This document shows, piece by piece, positions 28,969-41,838 of a DNA stretch of 64,000 bases. The translations under genes were made by a program, and so were the position numbers. Positions within the stretch are counted from its first letter, which is position 1, and each line of letters opens with the position of its first letter. Location: NCBI GenBank assembly GCA_026023565.1, contig JAPETS010000007.1, positions 434,001 to 498,000 on the forward strand, read 5' to 3'. The notes beneath the pieces are model-generated. The model was not told the origin of the DNA, did not search any database, and saw nothing but the letters and a program-made list of their open reading frames with translations. The DNA is from Cirrosporium novae-zelandiae. Taxonomy: Eukaryota.

Positions 28969-30215
28969 AATATTATTTAAATTAAAATAAAAAAATATTC
29001 GATATAGAGTTTTAGAGGGTGTAAATAATTTTATAAATAACGGTTAGGGCGTATCTAAATAATAATAAAACCCCCGGAAAAAAAATAATAGTATTATTTA
29101 ATTCGCAAACGGCTATTAAACGGATCGAAAAAAAAAAATTAAAAAAAAATTAAACGATCGTATAAAAAATATACGAATATACTAAATATCTGGTCGATTA
29201 AAAAACGAAAGTTATTATTAAATAAATTCCAGAATATTATAAAATACTAGGGAACGAAATAATAGATTAAATAACCAAAATAAACGAAATATTAAAAAAT
29301 AATAGAATAATCGAATAGATTTCGTTAGTCTATATAGTCCGTAATATAACGGAAAAACGGGTTATAAAAATATATAACTAATTATATAATTAAAAAATAA
29401 AAAAATCGCCCGATAAACCGTATCGAATATACCCGAAATATAAAAAAAATCGGGTACTAAAATACGCGTTTAAAAAACTGGTAAATAAATTTTATTAAAT
29501 AAAAATAGGGTACGCCGTTATTAGAGAATATATATATTATACGAAAATTATTATTACCCCAGAATATTAATAATATAGAATTCTATATTAAAATATTTTT
29601 TATTTAATATTAATATATTTACGTTAGAGAACGATTAAAACCCGGTTACGGGGAATAATAAAAAAATAAAGGGGCTAATAATTTAATATAACCGAGAAAA
29701 AAAAATTAATATTCGTATTAAAAAACCGAAAATTTTCTAAAAATTAGATACGTTTTTTAGGCGATACGGAGATAGAGAAACCCTAATACTGGGCTAAATA
29801 CGAAACGGAAAATCGTGAAGCGTACCTGGATTAGGGGTGGGTAGAACCCGGACACGGGGGGGAAAACGACCCAGAGACAGGTATTAAATAAAAACTGGGC
29901 CCGTAATAGAAACGCGGGGTAAACGTATACGTAAACAAAAACCAAAAAAATCGAAAATAAATACGAATAGGCCTATTTATAGATTACGAACACCGAAATA
30001 ACGCTAAAAAATTATCCGGTTAAATAAATTAAATAATTCTAAAAAATCTAAAAAAAGGGGGAAATTATATAGCCGAACCAGGGAGATAACCCCCACTACT
30101 ATAATTAGAAATAAGCCCGAAAAAAAATACAAAAAAACCTAAAAACCCCCGAATAGCGTCCGTTATAGCTTCTAAATAATATATAGATATAAAACAATAA
30201 ATAATCATTATTATC
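28969..30215 (+). mobile_element. Tad-like LINE copy J, 3' segment (RNase H, zinc finger, 3' UTR, tail)
   Basis: 29211-29279 reads VIIK*IPEYYKILGNEIID*ITK (= W.PGH....GNE.AD..AK). NSQTAIKRI (= DSQAAI) near 29100-29126. Tail aatcattattatc. Confidence 0.9.
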
Positions 30216-32150
30216 AATTAGAAATCGATAAAAATATTATTAAATAAATAACCAGTTTTATAATTTAACGAAATATCGAATTGGTAATCGACGGAGAAAT
30301 ACAACCCCGAATCAATATAAAAACGGGAATACCGTAAAAATCACCCGTATCCCTAATATTATTTCTAATATATTGCAGCGGGTTATTCGCAGCCGTAGAG
30401 CAGGCGGTCTCTAAAATCAAAACCCTATTATTCGTGAACGACGTGAATTTCTCGACCATTTATATAAATAATAAATAAACCCGGAAAGTTATTTAATAAA
30501 TAATAAAAACGGCGGTCTAATAAAAAAAAAAAATAAACTAAAATTCGATATTTAAAAAATTAAAATTATAATTTTTTCTAAATTACGTAAATACTAAATT
30601 TAAATAAATATTAAACCGAAAATTAAAATCGATAATTATTTAATCAAATATAAAAAAAATTACGTACGGTAATTAAATATATAATTAGATCTGAAATTTA
30701 ATTTCTAGATTTATTACGCCCAACGGTTAATTAAAATCTGACGTACGGAAAACGTAATTAAATATATATATTACCGAAACGGGTTATTTATAGAATTTGC
30801 GCGTTAAATAATCGTAGCGACTATAATATTAATCTATATATACGGATATAAAATTTAATAAAAAAAATAAATCGGTTATTAAATAAAATTTCAAAAATTA
30901 TTAAATAAATTTATTAAATTAAAATAAAAAAATATTTAATATAGAATTTTAGAGAACGTAAACGGCCCTATAAATAGGGGCTAGGGCGTACCCAAATAAT
31001 TATAAAACCCCCGGAAAAAAAATAATAATATTATTTAATTCGCAAATAACTATTAAATAGATCGAAAAAAAAAAATTAAAAAAAAATTAAATAATCGTAT
31101 AAAAAATATACGAATATATTAAATATCTAATAAATTAAAAAACGAAAATCGTTATTAAATAAATTTTAAAATATTATAAAATATTAAAGAACGAAAGAAT
31201 AGATTAAATAATTAAAATAAATACGGCGTTAAAAAATAATAAAACGGTTAAATAGATTTCGTTAATTTATATAACCCGTAATATAACGGAAAAACGGATT
31301 ATAAAAATATATAATTAATTATATAATTAAAAAATAAAAAAATCGTCTAATAAATTTTATTAAATATATCCGAAATATAAAAAAAATCGGGTATTAAAAT
31401 ATATATTTAAAAAACTAATAAATAAATTCTATTAAATAAAAACGGGGTACGCCGTTACTAAAAAATATATATATCGTACGAAAATTATTATTATCCCGGA
31501 ATATTAATAATACGGGGTTTTATATTAAAACGTGCTTTATTTAATATTAATATATCCGCGCTAGAAAACGGTTAAAGTCTAATTACGGGAAATAATAAAA
31601 AAACGGGAGGGCTAATAATCCAGTATAACCGAAAAAAAAAAACTAATATTTATATTAAAAAACCGAAAATTCTTTAAAAATTGGATACGTTTTTTAAATA
31701 ATACGGAAATAAAAAAACCCCAATATTAGATTAGATACGAAACGGAAAATCGTAAAATATATCTAGATTAAAAATAAATAGAACCCGGACACGGAAAAGA
31801 AAACGACCTAGAAATAAATATTAGGTAAAAATTAGACCCGTAATAAAAATACGGGATAAACGTATATATAAACAAAAACTGAAAAAATCGAAAATAGATA
31901 CGAATAAACCTATTTATAAATTACGAATACCGAAATAGCGCTAAAAAACTATCCGGTTAAATAAATCAGATAATTCTAGGAAACCTAAAAAAAAAGGGAA
32001 ATTATATAGCCGAATCAAAAAGATAACCCCCACCACTATAATTAAAAATAAGCCCGAAAAAAGATATAAAAAGGCCTAAAAGCCCCCGAATAGAATCCGT
32101 TATAGTTTCTAAGTGATATATGGATATAAAACAATGAATAATCATCATCA
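30216..32150 (+). mobile_element. Tad-like LINE copy L, 5'-truncated inside RT, with ~0.5-kb internal deletion near 30920
   Basis: Begins immediately after the J tail. Carries GIP*KSPVSLILF and LFVND. Well-preserved tail aacaatgaataatcatcatca at 32130-32150. Confidence 0.88.
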
Positions 32151-34773
32151 TATTGTCTATATGGGTTATCGAGAAGCTCAAGTCGTCCACGAGTAACAGA
32201 GCTTTGACCCCAGGGACCGCCTGCTCTACGGCTGCGAATAGCCCAGATTATAGATATTAAAATCCTCTACCAATATTATTTTATTCCTATTAAAAATAAA
32301 CCTTTATTCTATATTCTATAAAATCCTTCTAAATTCTTATTATCGGTTTTATTTTTAAAAATATACGTTTTTCAATTTTTAATCGTAAATATTAATTATT
32401 ATAATCAGGTTTTTTATTTCTCTGTCTACGTTTATCCTACTGATATTTAACGCCACGAAATAAAAATAATTAATTAGATCGGTTTTTATAATTATTTTAA
32501 ATACGATATTTTTTCGATTTCTATATATAATAATAACCGTTTTTACGATTTTATTCTTTATTTAGGCCTCTAATTCGGATTAATAAAAATTTTACGCCGG
32601 ATATAATATTTTTTTTTCTAATTTTTGGCCAGATTTTTATAATAATATTATATCCGTTCTAATTTATATAATTGATTTTAGAATTATAATTATTATATTA
32701 TATTTTTTATAATAATTATATTATAATATTTTTATTTATAATTCGGATATATCGTTATTTATTTACGGTACGGATATTATATACGTTTTTTTTTTTATTT
32801 TTTTCTAAATTTCTAATACGGGGGTTTTTGGTCCTTAATTAAGATTTTATAGGCTTATTTTTTTTAGAGGGATTAGCACGTAAAATAATTATATAACGTT
32901 TTTTCGGCGTTTTTTTCTCGTATATTCTGCCCCTGTTTTTCGGGCCGCTGGGTATCTTCCGTCTGTGGCTATATAGGGGCCTAGATAGTTTGTATATTTC
33001 AGCGGGATATATATACAAACCCCCGTATACGTAGGCCTGTATCCTGTTATCCGATACCGGTGATTTTACGTTTTATATATTTCCGCGTATATTATATATT
33101 TAAAAATTTTATTTTTATATTCTAAAAATAATTTATACTTTAATTAAATATATTTTAAATATATTTTATTTATTTCTAATATAAATTATCGGGTATATCG
33201 AAATCTATATTTTATTAAATAATAATTTTCGGTTTTTTATTTTTTATATATTACGAACGGAAATTTTATTTTAATTAAAATAATATATTTTTTTAATATA
33301 AATTTGATTTATACCCGTTTTTAGCAGTATTTTTCTAATATTATTTATACGATTACCGTATTTCGGATTAATAAATAAATATTTTTTAAATTATTTTTTA
33401 TTAAATTTAATTTTTTTAAATTTTTAAATATTTTTAAAAATATTTTTTATATTTTTATTTAATATAAAATTTTTAATAAATATATATTTATTATCGCGTT
33501 ATTTATTTTCGTTACGATTTTTAAAATTTTTTATTTATATTTAAATATTAATATATCCGTATTAATTTTTTTATTTAACGTAATTTTTAAATTGTTTTTT
33601 TTATTAATATAGATTTTCCGTACCCGTAATTTAGGCGGTATATCTAAATTAAATAATTTAGCGTTAATCGCCGTTATTATTAATATTATAAAACCTAAAT
33701 ATTCGATTTTTTTTTAATTAAAAATTAATATTTTCTGATTTTTAGTTTTTATATTTTTATTTATAGAATTAATACGTTTTTTTTTACGGGGTTTAATTAT
33801 TTATTATTTTTTATTAAATTTATTTATTATTTTATTGATTATTTTAATATAAATAAATCCCGTAGATTCCGGCGTTATTTTTATAGAAATCTGTTTCGGG
33901 ATTTTCGGTACCAACGATAGAATTTTTTATTTAATTATTTTTGCCGTTTATTAAAAATTTTTCTAGATTTTTTTATCCGCCTATATTATTGTCTGCGTAT
34001 TAAATATTTACGATCCGGTTATTATATTTATTCGGAATATTATTAAAAAAAATATTATTTTTTTTTTTATTATTCGTTCGGGCCTAATTATTAGGATTAT
34101 ATAATTTTTATTTATAGAATTTTCCGTCCCGTTATATATAATTTTTGCGGTTTTTATTTAAATCTATAATATTTGGATTATTATTATAATTATTTTTTTA
34201 ATTATTAAAAATTTTTATTTAATCGTGTATAATTTTTTTTGATTTTTTTTTTAAATTTTTATAATTTTATTATTTCGTTTTTTTAGAACGATTATTCGGG
34301 TTTTTAAATCGAAAAATATCTCCTGTAATTATACCGTAAAATCGTCGGTTTTTAGAATTTAATATATTTTTTTTCCGATTACGGGAAATATACGTATTAT
34401 TATATATTTAACCGTTTATTCGATTAAAATATTTTAATTATTAATTTATTTTTTTTTAGAATCTTTTTTTTTTTATAAAATTTTTCGACGATATTTTCCC
34501 GTTTAATCGTTTTTTTTTTAAAATAAAAATCGTAATACCGAATCGCTAAATTTTATTATAAATTTTTATTCCGATTCGTTAGATTCGTTTTTTAGACGTT
34601 ATCGTTTTTTCGTATCTATTTGATTCTCGCTGACGGTATATATTTTCTCAGTCCCTAATATTTCCCTACTGCTGCTAAATTTTATAGACCTTAAATAAAC
34701 GTTAAATACTTCGTATAATAGTCGTCACAGTAGTGAATTGATTTGGTGGCGCGGGGTCACCAAAACGCGTTTT
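32151..34773 (-). mobile_element. Tad-like LINE copy I/M, 5' segment (about 1.6 kb missing at ~32245)
   Basis: 32151-32244 is a nearly unmutated RT piece (minus strand GLFAAVEQAVPGVKALLLVDDLSFS). The APE motif ILVEDFNIY (= GDFN.H) follows at ~32250-32276. 5' terminus at 34730-34773. Confidence 0.87.
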
Positions 34774-34806
34774 TTATTCCTAATTTTCTTTTAGGAATAA
34801 AACCGA

Positions 34807-37800
34807 TTACGGGGTTTTTTTAATTATTTTTTAAATTATTCCTTTTTCTATTTTACGATCGTTTAATTTAAATATATTCGATTAATATACGTTTTTTTAA
34901 TTCTATATTAATATTTCATTAAAAATTTATTATGCGGGAAATATTATTATTTTTTTAAAAATCTATTTTTTTCGATTATTTAAATTTTTTCGATTTTAAA
35001 ATTTAAATTTATATTTTAGATTATCGTTATAATGAAATATTTAGGTTTTTTATTTTTAATATTATAAATAATCTTAAATTCGTTAAATTCTTTTTCATTT
35101 TTTAAAAATATTGAAATTTATATTTTTTTACGTAATATTTAATATTGTATTTATAAAATATATATAGATTTTTTATATAATTATTATTATTAAAATTATT
35201 TTATAAATTTTAATTATTAATTACGTCAATTTATTTAATAATTTTTAAAATTTTATTTAATATTTAATTTATTTTTTTTATTAGATTTTATAATTATATA
35301 TATAAATTAATATTATAATCGTTACGATTATTTAATATATAAATTTTATAAATAATCCGTTTTAATAATATATATATTTAATTATATTTTTCGTACGTTT
35401 AATTTTAATTAAACGTTAAACGTAATAAATTTAGAAATTAAATTTTAAATTTAATTATATATTTAATTATTATATATAACTTTTTTTATATTCGATTAAA
35501 TAATTATCGATTCTAATTTTCGGTTTAATATTTATTCAAATTTAATATTTTCGTAATTTAAAAAAATTATAATTTTAATTTTTTAAACGTCGAATTTTAA
35601 TTTAATTTTTTTTAATGAACCGCCGTTTTCATTATTTATTAAAAAGTTTTCTGGGTTTATTTATTATTTATATAAATAGTCGAGAAATACACGTCGTTCA
35701 CGAATAATAGGGCTTTAACTTTAGAAATTATCCATTTTACGTCTGCGTATAGCCCGCTGCAATATATCAGGAATAATATTAAAAATTCAAACGATTTTTA
35801 CGATATTTCCGTTTTTATATTAATTTTGGATTATATTTCTCCGTCGATTATTAATTCGATATTTCGTTAGATTATAATATTTTTATCGATTTTTAATTAT
35901 TTTAAATATTATATAATTAAACGTTTTTTTAACGTTTATAAATAAAATATAAATTATTTATTTTTAATTAAATTCTTTTACTCGATATATTAAATATATA
36001 AATATATCGATTACGTTTCGATTATATTTTAATTTAAATTAATTTTTATATAAGTTATTTAAATTTTTGTATATATTTATTAATATATTAATTATAATTT
36101 TTTCGATTATTTTATTTAAATAATATAATAAATTTATTATTTTATAATTTTTGATTAATATTTTATCGGTTTTTTTTAAATTTAAATAATAATATTTTAA
36201 TCGGAAATAATATTAAATTATTTTTATTATTTTATTAAAATTTTACTATTATAATATATATAACGTTCTAAATTAAATTTTATTATATTTTGAATTTTTA
36301 TTTATATTTTATATATATAACATTTTTTATACCGTTTTTTCGAATAATTATTAAACGAAAATTTTTTTTATTAGAAATTAAGATTCGGGATTTTTTATAT
36401 AAAAGCTTTTTTATTTTTAATTTCTATCGTTATTATCCTGTTTTTTATATAAAATATCGATATCGGGTTTCGGTTTTTAAATTTATAATATTTTAATATT
36501 TTTTATTTTTATTATATTGTTTTAAAATTTAAAAATTTATTTAAATCGTTTTTTTTATATATATTTAAAAAAAATCGATTTATTTTTTTTTAATTTTAAT
36601 TAAGTTTATAAATCTTTTAAATATTATTTTAATTTTTCGTAAATTCGGCGTTTTTATTTCGTTTTTTTAAATATTATATAATATTGATATTTTTTAATAA
36701 TATATTTAGAATTTTATTAAATTTTTAATTAAATATATATCCGTTTAAATTTTATATATTTATTTAAAATAATTTTTTATATTTTATTTTTTAATTAGGA
36801 TTTTATATAATCTAGGATTAACGTATTTTTCGTAATTAATTAAAATTTGTATTTTATTTTAATTTATTATTAAAGATCTTCTAACGATTTTAAATTCTAT
36901 AAATTCGGGATTAATTAGCTCGTTTTTGGGGGTTAATTTTTTTATTTGAATTAAATAATAAACCGATTTTTTTTCGAATTACATATTTTAAATAATATCG
37001 TTTTATATAATTAAAGTTTTTTTTATAAACGTTATTAAAAACGTATCGTTTATATAAATAATTTATTTATATTTTTATATTAAATTATAAATATTAAAAT
37101 TTTTATTATCGATTTTATTTTTAAAAATATATATTTTTTAATTTTTAATTATAAACGTTAATTATTTTAATTAAAACTTTCATTTTTTATTTACGTTTAT
37201 TATATTAATATTATAAAATTAAAATAATTAATTAAATCTGTTTTTACTATTAATTTAAATATAATATTTTTCGATTTTTATATATAATACTAACTATATT
37301 TATAATTTTATTTTTTATTTAGATTTTTAATTCGGATTAATAAAAATTTTGTATAAAATATAATATTTTTTTTTTTAATTTTTAATTAAATTTTTATAAT
37401 AATATTATATCCGTTTTAATTTATATAATTAATTTTAAAATTATAATCGTTATCTCGTATTTTGTATAATAATTATATTATAATATTATTATTTAAAATT
37501 TAAATATATCGTTATTTATTTATAATATAAATATTATTTACGTTTTTTTTTATTTTTTCTAAAATAGGTTCGGGGGTTTTTGGTTTTTAATTAAAATTCT
37601 GTAAATTTATATTTTTTTTTAAAAAAATAAATATTTAAAATAATCATATAACGTTCTCGCGGCGTTTTTTTCTTGTATATTTTTTTTTTTTTTTAGATTA
37701 TAAAATATTTTCTATTAATAATTATATAAAAATCTAAATAATTTATATATTTTAATAGAATATATATATAAATCCCCGAATACGTAGATCTATATTTTAT

Positions 37801-39323
37801 TATCCGATATTAATAATTTTATATTTTATATATTTCCGTATATATTGTATATTTCGGGGATTGATTTTTATATTTTAATTAAATATATATTAAATATATT
37901 TTATTTATTTTTAATACCAAATTATCGAATATATTAAAATCTACGTTTTATTAAATAATAATTTTCGGTTTTTTATTTTTTATATATTATAAAAAGAAAT
38001 TTTATTGTAATTAAAATAATATATTTTTTTAATATAAATTTAATTTATATTTATTTTTAACGGTATTTTTCCTGTATTATCTTTACGATTACCGTATTTC
38101 GGAATAATTAATAAATGTTTTTTAAATTTTTTTTCATTAAATTTAATTTATTTAAATTTTTAAATATTTTTAATAAATATATATTTATTATCGTATTATT
38201 TATATATATTACGATTTTTAGTATTTTTTATTTATATTTAAATAATATTATACCAGTATCAATTTTTTTATTGCACATAATTTTTAAATTATTTTTTTTA
38301 TTAATATAGATTTTGTATGTTTATAACTCAGGCGGTATATTCAAATTAATCAATTTAATATTGATCGCCGTTATTATTAATATTATAAAACCCGAATATT
38401 TAATTTTTTTTTATTAAAAATTAGTATTTTCTATTTTTTAGATTTTATATCCCCGCTTACGTAACGAATACGTTCTTATTTTCGGGATTTAATTATTTAT
38501 TATTTTTTATTAGATTTATTTATTATTTTATTAGCTATTTATTTATAAATAATTCCGGTAATTTTTAATATTTATTTTATAAAAATCTATTCCAGGGTTT
38601 TAAATATTAATAATAAAAGTTTTTATTCGATTATTTTTATTGTTTATTAGAAAGTTTTTTAGATTTTTTTATTCGTTTATATCGTTGTTCGCGTATTCGG
38701 TATTTACGATTCGATTATTATTTTTATTCGGGATATTATTAAAAAAATATTATATATTTTGTTTTTATTATTTATTCGGATTTAATAATCGGGGTTATAT
38801 AATCCCCGTTTATAGAATTTTTTATTCCGTTATACGTAATTTTTACGATTTTTATCCGGATGTATAATATTTAGATTATTATTATAATTTTTATACGATT
38901 ATATATAATTTTTTTAAAATTTTTTTTAATTACGGGAAATATACGCATTATTATATATTTAATTATTTATTTGATTAAAATCTTTTGGTTATTAATCTAT
39001 TTTTTTTTTAAATTTTTTTTCCCGTAAAATCTTTCGACGCCGTTTTCCCGTTTAATTATTTTTTTTTAAAATAAAAATCGTAATACCGAATCATTAAATT
39101 TTATTGTAAAATTTTATTCCGATTCGTTCGATTCATTTTTTAAACGTTATCGTTTTTTGGTATCCGTTTAATTCTTATTAACGATACGTCTTTTTTTAAT
39201 TTTTAATTTTTCCCCGCTGCTATTACATTCTATAGATTTTAAAGAAATATTAAATATTTTGTATAATGGTCGTTATAATAGTGAATTGATTTGGTGGCGT
39301 GGGATCACTAAAAAATTCTTTTC
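34807..39323 (-). mobile_element. Tad-like LINE copy H, 5' segment (many small deletions)
   Basis: Resumes at the TSD ttacggggttttttt (34807-34821). 5' terminus gtgaattgatttggtggcgtgggatcactaaaaaa at 39281-39315. Confidence 0.87.
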
Positions 39324-40745
39324 ATTGTATTTAATAAAAAATCCATACGAATATATTATTGTTTAAATATAAATAAAAAATTTTAAAAATTATAATAAAA
39401 ACGAATAATATAATCATATATATATATACATAAAAAATTTTATATCAAACGAAAATATAAAAAAAAATTTAAAAAAAATTTATTTATTATACCGAAATAC
39501 GGTAATTATATAAATAACGCTAGAAAAATACCGTTAAAAACGGGTACGAATCGGATTTATATAAAAAAAACATAAATTTATAAAATTTTAATCAAAAATT
39601 AAAAATTCCCGAATTAATCCCGGAAAAAATAAAAAAAAACGTAAATAATATTTAGAATATTAATAATATTCGTATTATCAATAAATAACGATATATCCGA
39701 ATTGTAAATAATAATATTATAATATAATTATTATAAAAAATACGATATAATAATTATAATTTTACATTGGATTATATAAATCGAAACGGATATAATATTA
39801 TTATAAAAATTTAATTGAAAATTAAATTTTAATATAATAAATATAAACGGAAAAATAAATTAATTATTTCCTAATTTATAAAATTTAAAATTATTAAAAA
39901 AATTTTAATAATAAATAAAAATAAAAACAAAAATAAAAATTAATTATAAAAAATATGTTAATTATAAATTATACGGAAATATAATTAAAAAACGAAATAT
40001 AAAAAATTATTCTAAATAAATATATAAAATCGAAATAAATATATTTAATCCAAAATATAATAAAATCCCGAATATATTATTAAACAATACGAATATTATA
40101 TAATATTTAAAAAAACGAAATAAAAACGCTCAATTTATAAAATAATTTAAAAAATCTTTAAAAAATTTATAAAATTAATTTTTTTTAAATATATATAAAA
40201 AAAACCATTTAAATAAATTTTTAAATTTCGAAAATATTTAACGGAAATAAAAAATATTAAAATATTATAAATTTAAAAAACGAAATTTAATATCGGTATT
40301 TCGTATAAAACATAGAAAAATGATAATAAAAATTAAACATAAAAATTAAAAATAAAATTTTTTTTATTATTTTTAAAAAATCCTAAATTTTAATTTTCGA
40401 TAAAAAAAATATTCGTTTAATAATTATCCGAAAAAACGGTACGAAAAACGTTATATATATAAAATATAAATAAAATATTAAAATATAATAAAATTCTAAT
40501 TAATTAATAAAAACAATCTAATATTGTTTTTAATTAAAAAATATTATTATTTAAATTAATAAAAACCGATAAAATATTAATTAAAAATTATAAAATAATA
40601 AATTTATTATATTATTTAAATAAAATAATCGAAAAAATAATAATTAATATATTAACGGATATATATAAAAATTTAAATAAATTATATAAAAATTAATTTA
40701 GATTAAAACGTAATCGCAAACAAATTATTAAACGGACAATTAATC
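39324..40745 (+). mobile_element. Tad-like LINE copy G, middle segment (heavily deleted)
   Basis: Resumes at attgtatttaata (39324-39336), one transition from 18232-18244, and continues in consensus order. Confidence 0.8.
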
Positions 40746-41838
40746 AATTAATTTTAACAAAATCTAATTTTAAAAATACGATTTTAAAATCTAAATCCTA
40801 AAATTAATGCTAAAAATTGGATTTCGTATATAATTCTAAATAAAAAAATAATTTTAAAAACTATCCGACAATATAAAAATTAGGATTTACACCCTATATT
40901 CTATAATAATAAAATACCTTTAGCCTTATTAAAATCAAAAATTCTAGAAAAAACTGTTTTCCGGATACCCCCGTTCCGGGATTCAATTCTAGGATTGCGA
41001 CAGACCGTTAGCCCTATATATAAATATAGGGCGAAATTACGACGGTTTCTAATCTAAAAAAATTAGCAGTAACGGGAAATCAATTATTTGGATTAACGGG
41101 CCGTAGCAAAAAACTATTAAAAATCGATTCGAAATTCCCGAAACGCTAAAAAATCAGGGTTTAGGATTAATATTAACAATTAGATTAAAATCTGAAGATT
41201 AAATTTAAAAAAATATTAAAAAACTAAAATTAGAATTTAAATTAAAAAAAACTAGAATTCAAAAAATAAACGATTATATAAATAATTTAATTCGAAAAAA
41301 TAAACGCGGTAATCGGTTTAAATATAATTACTAAATTTAAAATATATTTTTAAAATAAACGAATTAAAAACGTTGATTAAATAATACGGGGATGAAAAAA
41401 CCCCAGTTCTAGATTAAATACGAAAAAATAAACCGTGAACATTATTTAGACTAGGGATAAATAGAACCTGGACACGGGAAAAAAAAAGCCTAAACGAATC
41501 AAATAGTAAATAAAAATTAGGCCCGTAATAAAAAAACGGGGTAAATGTATACGTAAAACGCAAAAACCAAAAATCGAAAATAAATATAAATAAATCTATT
41601 TATAAAATTCGGACACCGAAATAACGTTAAAAATTATCCGGTTGAATAAATTAAATAATTCTAAAAAACTAAAAAAAAAAAGAAATTATATAATCGAATA
41701 AAAAAAATTAATCTTTATTATTTTAATTAAAAATAAACCCGAAAAAAAATAAAACAAAATTTCAAAATTTTTAAATAAAATTTATTATAATTTTTAAACG
41801 ATATATAAATATAACATAATAAATAATTATTATTATTA
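40746..41838 (+). mobile_element. Element N: ~1.1-kb chimeric or internally deleted LINE derivative with a subfamily-B 3' end
   Basis: ~41363-41838 is the ORF2 end, 3' UTR and tail. 40746-41360 is not the normal upstream sequence. ~40948-41110 loosely resembles the family 5' end. Possible degenerate TSD at 40733-40745 / 41839-41851. Confidence 0.6.

Noticed and set aside
28400..32150. Directly repeated GC-richer ~500-bp ends as LTRs
   Set aside because: They are LINE 3' ends with (ATC)n tails, variable 5' truncation and 13-16-bp TSDs. No TG...CA termini or PBS were seen.
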